NCBI GenBank assembly: GCA_030747505.1
Contig: JASLKQ010000001.1
Coordinates: forward strand, 30,571 to 94,570
DNA from: Verrucomicrobiota bacterium
GTDB lineage: Bacteria > Verrucomicrobiota > Verrucomicrobiia > Limisphaerales > UBA1100
Length of the DNA: 64,000 bases
Direction: 5' to 3'
The translations under genes were made by a program, and so were the position numbers. Of this stretch, positions 7,176 to 14,874 are shown piece by piece (position 1 is the stretch's first letter; the number at the start of each line of letters is the position of its first letter). Under the pieces are notes generated by a model. That model was not told the origin of the DNA, did not search any database, and was given only the letters and a program-made list of their open reading frames with translations.

Positions 7176-9657
7176 ACTATTACTCGGTGTTTTCCTGGTG
7201 TCCTTAAGCCTGAATCTTCAGGCACAGGAGCCTGCAAAATTGAAGGCGGCTATCAAGGCTCCAAACGGGAAGGTTTACCCTGCCCACTGGGGCCGGCCGC
7301 CATTGAGACAAACCCGTGACTTTCGGGTTCTTCCCGGTGGCTATGGTCGCGGCAGTGGTACCCTGGCCCGCTGGATTCAGGAGAATCTGGACAAGGACGC
7401 AAAAAAGCCGGCGGCAAAGCCAGTGCCTGCTCCGCCAGTTGCCGTTGATCCGGTGGCCCCCCGCCCGGTTGCTCCGCCTGTTTTTGATCCCAATGCGAAA
7501 GCTATGGAACAAGCCAAAAAACAGGCTAAGGAAGATACAGCCAAGGTGCAGGCTGCCATCAAGGCCTGGGAAAAATCCAAAGCCGAGAGTAATGGTAATT
7601 ACAGCTATAAGGTAAGTTTTACTAGCTGGGTTGGCTTTGGAAATGAAACCATTATCGTTGTAGAGAATAATAAAGTGACGGAGCGGCGTTATAAATCTTT
7701 CAACCGTCGTCGTCCAGTTCCCGCACCCCTACCTGGAGGGGCGGCTCCCCTACAACCTGAAGGTGATAGTTACTTGGAAAAAGGCGCACAACTAGGCAAA
7801 AACAAAAAAGGTGCACCGATCAAGACATTGGATGAGCTTTATGAGATAGCCTTGGTAACAGCAAAGAAACCGCTCAGAGAATTTGAGCGTCGTTACATTC
7901 GTAGCGACAAGCAGGGTTTACTGGTTTCCTGCTACATCATGGATCGCCGGATTGCTGATGATGCCCCGCGCAATGGACTGGTTGTTTCGAGTATCACCAT
8001 GGGAAAGGTTAGCACAGCCAGTAATAATGGAGGTGATGTCACCCGATTGACTGTCGGGGACAACGGTAAAACGATTACTATTAAGGCAGGTCAACGCATA
8101 GAGATTAGCTTGGCTGGCAACCCCACTACCGGTTTCACATGGAATGACAAAACTGCTGGAGATGTGCTAAGTCTTTCTGGGAAGGTATCTCACCGGGCCG
8201 GTGGCCCGGCATTGGGTGCTCCTGGCATGTCTACTGCGAGCTATCTGGCGAACAAGGCTGGCAAGACAGAGATCGTTCTGGAGTATAAGCGTGTCTTTGA
8301 ACAGAAACCGCCATTAAAGACCTTTAAGGTGACTGTCGCAGTGGCAAAGGGTGGGACAAGCAGTACAAAACCGGTTGAGGGAAACAATCAGGCGCGTATT
8401 GCAGAACTGTTAAAAGAAATCGTGCGCATGAAAGTCTTTGCGCGCCGCGCACGTTTTACTCCAGAAGAGCTTGCTAAACACAATGCCAAGCTGGCTGAAC
8501 TTGAAAAAGAGCTGGCTACATTACAGGCGGGAGGAGGCAAGCCCGAAAATACTAAAGTCTACAGGGCACCTAATGGAAAACCGTTCCCGACTCATTGGGG
8601 AGCTCCTCCTCGTTTGCAAACTCGTGACTTGAGGCCTTTACCCGGAGGGTATGGTCGCGGAAGCGGGACATGGGCTCGTTGGATTCAGGAGAATTTGGAT
8701 AAAGATGCTGCCAAGGGCGGTGGCAAACCGCAGGCTGGAAATCCCACGTTTGAAGAATGGGTAAGGGGCGGTAAAAAAATCCCAGCTGGTCGCGTCTTCA
8801 TTGGCGGCTCACCCTGGTTTAATGAACGGACCGGTCAGCGCCGGTCAGCTGAGGAAGTCTACAAAATGCTTTATGGCAAAGCTGGTGGTGGAAACAAGCC
8901 AGTTCGACCCAAGCCGATTCGTCCCGGTGGCCGCAAAGCTTATCCTGCTCATTGGGGGGCTCCGCCCAGACTCCAAACCAAGGATCTACGCCCTTTACCC
9001 GGAGGATATGGTATGGGGAGCAGTACCTTGGCAAATTGGATCAAGAAGAACATGGATATGGACGCCAAGGATCCAAACCGGGGAAAGGGAGGAAAAACCA
9101 AACCCGGAGGCAATAATGAGGAGATTCAAAAGTTGCGTCAGGAAATTGCGCGAATGAAGGATTTCATGAAGCGCGCCCGGTTTGCTCCAGATGGACTTGC
9201 TCGATTCAAAGCACGTTTGAAGAAATTGGAAGACCGTTTGGCAGAGTTGACTAATGGCGGTGCATCTAGTCAACCGCAAGGAAAACCGTCAGCAGTGAGT
9301 GCTGCTTTTGCAGCAAAGCATCCTGATGGAAGTTACGTTAAAGGGAGGCTCATGGTTGGGATGGAAAAAGGCATGACTCAGGAGGATACTGAAAAGACCC
9401 TGAACGGAGCCGTCCCTGGCATAAAAATTACCAAGAGCATGTTTAATAACACCATACTGGTGGTTAAATTGCCTGATACACATAATGAAGAGCAGGCAAT
9501 GGCTGCACTGAAAGGGGCCAAAGGTGTTAGATATTCTGAACTCGATGGAGTCGTTGGGATTGCGCCAGTTCGCCCAGGCGGTCCGGGCGGCGGAATAGGC
9601 ATTCCCCAGCCTCCTCCAATCAAACTCGGCAAACCGGCTCTCCAACCCCGCCGGTAG
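7162..9657 (+). CDS. secreted modular repeat protein with a chagasin/ICP-like (I42) cysteine-peptidase-inhibitor domain
   Basis: The start is set at ATG 7162, giving the signal peptide 'MKITKLLLGVFLVSLSLNLQAQ'; it overlaps the VIT-vWA stop by 14 nt. It contains three 48-aa repeats, two helical repeats, and a beta-rich segment with 'AGNPTTGFTWND', the chagasin NPTTG(F/Y)xW signature. The C-terminus is an alpha/beta domain followed by a Pro/Gly tail. Confidence 0.6.
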   Translation: MKITKLLLGVFLVSLSLNLQAQEPAKLKAAIKAPNGKVYPAHWGRPPLRQTRDFRVLPGGYGRGSGTLARWIQENLDKDAKKPAAKPVPAPPVAVDPVAPRPVAPPVFDPNAKAMEQAKKQAKEDTAKVQAAIKAWEKSKAESNGNYSYKVSFTSWVGFGNETIIVVENNKVTERRYKSFNRRRPVPAPLPGGAAPLQPEGDSYLEKGAQLGKNKKGAPIKTLDELYEIALVTAKKPLREFERRYIRSDKQGLLVSCYIMDRRIADDAPRNGLVVSSITMGKVSTASNNGGDVTRLTVGDNGKTITIKAGQRIEISLAGNPTTGFTWNDKTAGDVLSLSGKVSHRAGGPALGAPGMSTASYLANKAGKTEIVLEYKRVFEQKPPLKTFKVTVAVAKGGTSSTKPVEGNNQARIAELLKEIVRMKVFARRARFTPEELAKHNAKLAELEKELATLQAGGGKPENTKVYRAPNGKPFPTHWGAPPRLQTRDLRPLPGGYGRGSGTWARWIQENLDKDAAKGGGKPQAGNPTFEEWVRGGKKIPAGRVFIGGSPWFNERTGQRRSAEEVYKMLYGKAGGGNKPVRPKPIRPGGRKAYPAHWGAPPRLQTKDLRPLPGGYGMGSSTLANWIKKNMDMDAKDPNRGKGGKTKPGGNNEEIQKLRQEIARMKDFMKRARFAPDGLARFKARLKKLEDRLAELTNGGASSQPQGKPSAVSAAFAAKHPDGSYVKGRLMVGMEKGMTQEDTEKTLNGAVPGIKITKSMFNNTILVVKLPDTHNEEQAMAALKGAKGVRYSELDGVVGIAPVRPGGPGGGIGIPQPPPIKLGKPALQPRR
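7258..7401 (+). repeat. intragenic repeat copy 1 (48 aa): APNGKVYPAHWGRPPLRQTRDFRVLPGGYGRGSGTLARWIQENLDKDA
   Basis: It aligns without gaps to copies at 8566-8709 and 8923-9066. The consensus is (Y/F)PxHWGxPPxxQT(R/K)DxRxLPGGYGxGSxTxAxWIxxNxDxDA. Confidence 0.8.
8566..8709 (+). repeat. intragenic repeat copy 2: APNGKPFPTHWGAPPRLQTRDLRPLPGGYGRGSGTWARWIQENLDKDA
   Basis: Same length and frame as copy 1, with most positions identical by direct comparison. Confidence 0.8.
8923..9066 (+). repeat. intragenic repeat copy 3: PGGRKAYPAHWGAPPRLQTKDLRPLPGGYGMGSSTLANWIKKNMDMDA
   Basis: A more diverged third copy of the same 48-aa unit. Confidence 0.75.
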
Positions 9658-9663
9658 TAGGAA

Positions 9664-10260
9664 TTATTTCTCGTAGATAACCAAATCCTTGTACTCCACG
9701 TGCATGTCCTGCCCGCCGTGGAGTTGCAGGCCGATGTGTCCGCGTCTGCGGCCCGGGTCGTTTTTTAACTCAGAGGAAACCACCCCATTAATTTTAACAA
9801 TGATATGGTTGCCGATGGCACTGAGTTCCAGACTGGTCCATTCTCCCTGCTTGTATCCGCGCTGCTTGATCGCTTTGGCATCAGGCTTGTGGACCCAGGC
9901 GCGTCCGCCTGTTTCATACAAGCCACCTGTCTCTTGCGTGGTATCCACTTCCACCTGAAAACCGTTGACGCTCACCGCACTCTTGACCCGTGCTGCTCGA
10001 AAATAAAATCCACTGTCACCCTTGTGTACGCGGAATTTTGCCTTTACCACAAAGTCAGAGAACTGTTTGTCGGTGAGTAAAATTCCGTGGCGACGTTCAG
10101 CGCGCGGACTGGTTCCCACAATAGCGCCATCCTTAACCTGCCATTTGCCACCGGGAGCGGGTGTCCAGCCCTTGAGGGTTTTGCCATCAAAAAGGGGGGT
10201 TCCTTTATCGGCAGCTGTTAAGCTGATTGTGATAGACAATAGTAAGAGGATATTTTTCAT
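9664..10260 (-). CDS. secreted DUF1080 (3-keto-disaccharide hydrolase-like, concanavalin-type) domain protein
   Basis: Signal peptide 'MKNILLLLSITISLTAAD'. 'LFDGKTLKGWTP..GKWQVKDGAIVG' and 'GHIGLQLHGG..VEYKDL' are typical of DUF1080. Confidence 0.75.
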   Translation of the reverse strand: MKNILLLLSITISLTAADKGTPLFDGKTLKGWTPAPGGKWQVKDGAIVGTSPRAERRHGILLTDKQFSDFVVKAKFRVHKGDSGFYFRAARVKSAVSVNGFQVEVDTTQETGGLYETGGRAWVHKPDAKAIKQRGYKQGEWTSLELSAIGNHIIVKINGVVSSELKNDPGRRRGHIGLQLHGGQDMHVEYKDLVIYEK

Positions 10261-10272
10261 TATTAAGTAGGG

Positions 10273-11130
10273 TTAATTTTGCTGTGAGTTGAGGGCAGCT
10301 TGGGCCTTCGCATTGGCTTCGGCAGCTTTTTTGGCAATTTCATCGGCACTAGGTAAACTTTGCAATACTTCCAGAGGAATATCGATATCTGCTTCAGCAG
10401 CCAGCTTGGTGAGGCACTTGGTGCGTTCACCCAAGGCCTTACCTGAATCGCGTTCCTTGGAGAATCGGCTTCTGGAACGTTGGCTTCGGTCGCGCAGCAT
10501 TTGATATACATCGCCTCCCAAGAGGGCAGAGATATCGATCTTCATCTTTTCGCGGTTCAGGTCCCCATCACTCACCACGTCTCCATTAATGGGTCCGCTT
10601 TTGTATTTGGGAAACATGATCGCCGCTTCTGGGCAAACGCGACTACAGGCCGGGCAGTTGGTTTTGCAATTGTCATTATTCTGGACCTGAATCTCCTGCT
10701 CCTCATCCACGCCGTAGACATCAAATAGGCAGAAGGATAGACACTGCATGCAGTTGGTGCACCGGTCATAATCAATCACTGGAAACCAGGGTTTCCAGTC
10801 ACCGTGTTTGGCTGCTTGTGAGCTTTCACGCTCCTCTTCAACCATTTGGGCTATTTCCTCAGGGCTATGACCATTGATATCCCGAAACTGGATTGAAACC
10901 TGACCGTTGAGGTCCTCTACTTCCGGGGTTTGACCGTTATTAAATCGTCCCAAAACCAGCAGTGAATTTTCATCGGCTGGGGATACTTCTCCATTTCCGG
11001 CACAAGTGACCGCGTAGCCTTTTTTCAATAACGCAAGCAGGGTCGAGCTGCGCTCCTCAGTGGCCAACGTTTCAGCTCCCTCCCCTTCATAGAGGATAAT
11101 GCGTAAAGTGGTTTCCTCGGCAATAGCCAT
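10273..11130 (-). CDS. 2x[4Fe-4S] ferredoxin-domain protein with unassigned N- and C-terminal extensions
   Basis: It carries 'CTNCMQCLSFC' (CxxCxxCxxxC) and 'CKTNCPACSRVCP' cluster motifs. The gene sits 4 nt downstream of the preceding ORF on the same strand. Confidence 0.7.
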   Translation of the reverse strand: MAIAEETTLRIILYEGEGAETLATEERSSTLLALLKKGYAVTCAGNGEVSPADENSLLVLGRFNNGQTPEVEDLNGQVSIQFRDINGHSPEEIAQMVEEERESSQAAKHGDWKPWFPVIDYDRCTNCMQCLSFCLFDVYGVDEEQEIQVQNNDNCKTNCPACSRVCPEAAIMFPKYKSGPINGDVVSDGDLNREKMKIDISALLGGDVYQMLRDRSQRSRSRFSKERDSGKALGERTKCLTKLAAEADIDIPLEVLQSLPSADEIAKKAAEANAKAQAALNSQQN

Positions 11131-11134
11131 GGGT

Positions 11135-11530
11135 TTAAATCTTTTTTTCCCCTTCCACTTTTGCTACCGATCCATCGGCAGGCAGGTTGGGCGTTAGAGT
11201 TTCATTTAACACCGCATTGGTCGCATCCTCAGGATTCAGTTCGCGCATATTGATTACTTCAGTTTGCTCAGCCTTTAGCGGAGCCTGACAGCCTCCGAAG
11301 AGCCATTTTACTGCGCGCGGATAACAGGCGGCGATCTTCACTGGACCCTCGCCGGACGCCAAGCGTTTGAGTGCGGGGTCACGGCGGGCAGCCATTTCGC
11401 ACAAGTCAGCGACTGCCTCAAAGGCCTGACCTGATGCGCATAATCCCCCCAATACACTACTTTTCACCTCATCAGGAACTACGCGAGCGTAGTTGCAGTG
11501 GCAAAAAAGGATGCGCGGTTTTTCTGACAT
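11135..11530 (-). CDS. small Cys-rich hypothetical protein (possible redox or metal-binding partner)
   Basis: 131-aa ORF with Cys residues at 'LFCHCNY', 'GGLCASG', 'ADLCEMA', 'AACYPRA' and 'GGCQAP'. Tight operon context. I recognise no family. Confidence 0.4.
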   Translation of the reverse strand: MSEKPRILFCHCNYARVVPDEVKSSVLGGLCASGQAFEAVADLCEMAARRDPALKRLASGEGPVKIAACYPRAVKWLFGGCQAPLKAEQTEVINMRELNPEDATNAVLNETLTPNLPADGSVAKVEGEKKI

Positions 11531-11593
11531 GAACGCCCGAGAAAGTAGTCCTTTTGGGGCCTTTTGCCAATGACCGAAAACTCAGCTTGAAAC

Positions 11594-12703
11594 CTAGGCC
11601 AAATCAGTAATCCGGTGTGTTGGCTCAGGTTTGCCCGGACGGAAATGCTCCAAGTGGTCCAGCTTGGCGGTGAGATTTTCAGGCACCTTTGCTACTCCCT
11701 TTTCTACAGCTTGACGCAAGGTATCTGGGTCGCCCTCTGCACGCAGGTTGATAATGAGTTGCCCACTTTCAATCGGGCCATCGAGATCCGCCGAGAGTTC
11801 TGGCACAAAGTCGTTTCGAATCAGATTAATGATTGCGACATTCCCATCCAGACCCGTATCGGGGCTTAAGGTCATTTTGAGGTGTGCGATTTCAGCAGAC
11901 TCTTCATTAAGTTGATTCTGGATGTCCGCGGCCAGATGTTGCAGTACAGCCTTGGCTTCAAAATTTTCTTCTGCATTGAGTTGTACGGTGGCATTCAACC
12001 ACCCCAGTAACGCTTCGCCCTCAGCATAGACCTCGTAATCTACTTCCATCACATTGCGCGTAATTTGTTCAGCGTCAATGATTCGGGCGAACCACTCATT
12101 TATCCCTTCGCCAGTTCGGGCTGAGATGTGCAGAACTTCGGCCTGCGGGAATTCAGTTTTAAGGGTATTGGCAAGAGTGGTGAGCTCATCAGCTTCCAAA
12201 AGGTCTGTTTTATTAATGACAATTAAGTCTGCCTCCTCAAGTTGTTTGCGATAGATATAGATGACTTTCTTAGAGAACTGTCCGCCTTCAGCCAAGCCAA
12301 AGATGCGCGAGGCGCGGATGGGGTCCACAAGTACACTCAAAGGTGCGATACTAAAATCATCGCCATAAATCCGGCGTAATGGATAGGTTACTGTCGCCAC
12401 TAAATCGGTGCAGCTACCCACCGGTTCAGCAATGAAGAAATCGGGCCGAGTCGATACAGTAAGTTTACCTGCTGCATCGACCAATGAATTGAATCGGCAA
12501 CAAAAACAGCCGCCGGGAATTTCTTCGGTGGCAAAGCCCTTGGATCGCAGCATAGCCGTATCAACCAATTCACGACCCTGATCATTGGTAATGAGTCCAA
12601 CCTTCCGACCTTGATCACTCAGGTGTTGGGCGAGAGCAGCAACACTGGTGGTTTTGCCAGCTCCCAGGAAACCGCCAATCATAATGTAACGTGCTTTATT
12701 CAA
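11594..12703 (-). CDS. G3E-family P-loop GTPase (COG0523/CobW-like metallochaperone-type)
   Basis: Walker A 'GGFLGAGKTT', the Cys motif 'GGCFCC' (GCxCC type) and NKxD 'INKTD'. The start is ambiguous: TTG 12703 overlaps the upstream gene, and ATG 12682 is the alternative. Confidence 0.7.
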   Translation of the reverse strand: MNKARYIMIGGFLGAGKTTSVAALAQHLSDQGRKVGLITNDQGRELVDTAMLRSKGFATEEIPGGCFCCRFNSLVDAAGKLTVSTRPDFFIAEPVGSCTDLVATVTYPLRRIYGDDFSIAPLSVLVDPIRASRIFGLAEGGQFSKKVIYIYRKQLEEADLIVINKTDLLEADELTTLANTLKTEFPQAEVLHISARTGEGINEWFARIIDAEQITRNVMEVDYEVYAEGEALLGWLNATVQLNAEENFEAKAVLQHLAADIQNQLNEESAEIAHLKMTLSPDTGLDGNVAIINLIRNDFVPELSADLDGPIESGQLIINLRAEGDPDTLRQAVEKGVAKVPENLTAKLDHLEHFRPGKPEPTHRITDLA

Positions 12704-13241
12704 TGCTTTCGCCTTTTTCCGCCTGCTGTTGTTCCAGCATTTTGTCGATGGTTTGATTCAAGATAGCAGCGTAGCCTTCCGCGTCGACGCATTTATTATC
12801 CAGCTGCCCCTTTACTTCATACAGCCAACCTTCATCGTAGGGTTGTTTACTGATTAGTGAGATATCCTTCTTCAAGGCCATATTAGCCCCTTTGAATTTA
12901 CCTGAACTGAAGGCATACAAATCACTAATGGCCTTGAACCCTTCCACCCAGCCCAGGATTTGACCCGGGACAACCGGCGCTTCGGTCTGGATGTCAAAAT
13001 CATGATCCACCATGTCGCCCAGCATGCGGGTGGCAAACTTGGTAAAACCGACTTGCCAGCCGCCTTCTATTTGCTTGGCCCAGAAGTGCGATGGGCTGTA
13101 CCGGTAATTCAATGGCAGGTGCGTCGCAAAATGCTTACGCTTAAAAAAGAGTGTTTTTTTACTGTCAGCCACGACAGGGGGAAGTTCCTCGAAAAACTCT
13201 AAAACATCAATTTGAATGTGGAGTGCCCGCCAGTATCTCAT
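12696..13241 (-). CDS. glycine-cleavage H-protein-like (lipoyl-carrier-like) protein with an N-terminal extension
   Basis: 'YSPSHFWAK..GWQVGFTKFATRMLGDMV..D....PVVPGQILGWVEGFKAISDLYAFSSGKF..N.......PYDEGWLYEV' is collinear with GcvH. Lys in 'EGFKAISD' lies at the position of the lipoyl-Lys (ESVKAASD). The start is taken at ATG 13241; the track gives TTG 13244. Confidence 0.7.
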   Translation of the reverse strand: MRYWRALHIQIDVLEFFEELPPVVADSKKTLFFKRKHFATHLPLNYRYSPSHFWAKQIEGGWQVGFTKFATRMLGDMVDHDFDIQTEAPVVPGQILGWVEGFKAISDLYAFSSGKFKGANMALKKDISLISKQPYDEGWLYEVKGQLDNKCVDAEGYAAILNQTIDKMLEQQQAEKGESIE

Positions 13242-13329
13242 CAATCTATCACAAGTGAAGGCGGTTCTATTTTCTTCATATTTATCGGTGGAGTCGGTAT
13301 AGTGGATCGGAATTTTATGCAGTTGGTAT

Positions 13330-14160
13330 ATGCCGAATTCTCAGGAAAAGATTGATAAGGAGATTAGGAAAGCAGCGACAGAAGCTGCAATCATGAATGA
13401 CACCGATGTTCCTGGATCCCAGATAACGGAGGCTGAATTACAACAGGTTAACTTTCTGAATCTGGAAAACATGCAACTTACCGACCTGACCCCTCTTGCT
13501 GGTCTGACTAATTTGAAATACCTGCGCATGGGAGGGAATCAGATCCAAGACCTAACTCCATTGACTGGTTTGAGCAATTTGGAAGGGCTTGGGATTTATG
13601 ATAACCAGATCCGTGATTTGACTCCCTTAAAAGGACTGATCAAGTTGGAACGGATATTATTGGACAATAATCAGGTTGAAGATTTGACTCCGCTTAAATG
13701 GGTGAGAAGTTTGCGCCGCATCGGGCTGACGGGAAACAATATTAGGGATCTGAGCCCTTTAGCCCCATTACAGGAGGTGGAGATTCTTGGGCTTTCAGGT
13801 AATCGGATTTCTGATGTATCCCCACTAAAAGGACTGCAAGAACTTCAGGATCTTTACCTGACAGACAATCAAATCGAAAATGCGGCAGGGTTGGCAAATT
13901 TAACCCAACTGAAGGTGCTCGCCCTTGGTCGCAACAGGATCAATGATCTCACTTTTATCAAAGGGATAAGCTGCTTGCTGGATCTTGATTTGTCCGGAAA
14001 TCGGATTTCAGATTTGAGTCCATTGGTTTCATTAACAAGTCTTTTGAAGCTTGATCTTCGCGACAACACGGATTTGTTATCGACTCAGATTGATCAACTC
14101 AAGAAAGCCATGCCACGGAAGTGGTTTGGCCTGAGGACAAAATGCACGATATATCATTAA
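13330..14160 (+). CDS. leucine-rich repeat (internalin-like, 22-aa LRR) protein
   Basis: About 10 tandem 22-aa units of the type 'LxxLxLxxNxIxDLxPLxxLxx', for example 'LTNLKYLRMGGNQIQDLTPLTG'. No obvious signal peptide. Confidence 0.8.
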   Translation: MPNSQEKIDKEIRKAATEAAIMNDTDVPGSQITEAELQQVNFLNLENMQLTDLTPLAGLTNLKYLRMGGNQIQDLTPLTGLSNLEGLGIYDNQIRDLTPLKGLIKLERILLDNNQVEDLTPLKWVRSLRRIGLTGNNIRDLSPLAPLQEVEILGLSGNRISDVSPLKGLQELQDLYLTDNQIENAAGLANLTQLKVLALGRNRINDLTFIKGISCLLDLDLSGNRISDLSPLVSLTSLLKLDLRDNTDLLSTQIDQLKKAMPRKWFGLRTKCTIYH

Positions 14161-14175
14161 AGCAAACAAGCGAAG

Positions 14176-14805
14176 GTGGACGCTAACTTTCAATCAGTGA
14201 ATAATCTTTGGTTTATACTGGCGGTCCCGGTAGCGGGTATTATTTTATTTTGGTTATATAAGGTGCTGGCGGAAGGAACGATGTCAGCAGAAAAACAAAT
14301 TGAGGAGGAGATTCGGCGCCGTCTCAATAAATCTGAAGGGGAGTTGACTGAAGATGATTTTATAAGAGTAACAACCATAGGGTTCTATAAAGCAAAAATA
14401 AAAGATCTGTCTACAGTGGCTCGACTGGTGAAGGTAAGGGAGCTTTTTCTCCATAATAACCAAATCGAAGACCTTTCCCCTTTAGTCATGTGTAAGGATT
14501 TGGAAAAACTCACCCTGTCCAATAACCGGATTAAGGATCTTTCTCCTTTGTCCATGTTGGTAAAATTAAACACACTTAGTCTCAATGTGAACATGATCAC
14601 CGATTTAACCCCACTTGCGGCCTTAACTAATTTGCAGGTTCTCCAGCTCAGCAGCAATCAGTTCAATGATTTGACTCCGTTATTAGGCTTGAGCCGATTA
14701 CAGTCATTATCAGTTGAAGACGTAAAGAGTCTGCCGCAGGCGGAATTTGACAAAATCACCAAGGCACTGCCGGGCTGTAAGGTTTACTATAAAGAAAACG
14801 GTTGA
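14176..14805 (+). CDS. membrane-anchored leucine-rich repeat protein (paralogue of the preceding gene)
   Basis: N-terminal TM segment 'LWFILAVPVAGIILFWLY', then 'EKQIEEEIRRRLNKSEGELTEDD' and about 5 22-aa LRR units. GTG start 15 nt after the upstream stop. Confidence 0.75.
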   Translation: MDANFQSVNNLWFILAVPVAGIILFWLYKVLAEGTMSAEKQIEEEIRRRLNKSEGELTEDDFIRVTTIGFYKAKIKDLSTVARLVKVRELFLHNNQIEDLSPLVMCKDLEKLTLSNNRIKDLSPLSMLVKLNTLSLNVNMITDLTPLAALTNLQVLQLSSNQFNDLTPLLGLSRLQSLSVEDVKSLPQAEFDKITKALPGCKVYYKENG

Positions 14806-14874
14806 AGGCAAGACCTTAAAGGTAGCATAAAAAACTCGAAACCATTCTGGTGTTGATTATTCTCGGAATCAACC

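Noticed and set aside
14852-14873. A 7-bp hairpin (GTTGATT-n8-AATCAAC) lies immediately upstream of the GTG start of the cysteine desulfurase gene.
   Set aside because: It has a short AT-rich stem, no U-tract and no recognisable riboswitch or leader features. It may occlude the RBS, but the evidence is too thin.
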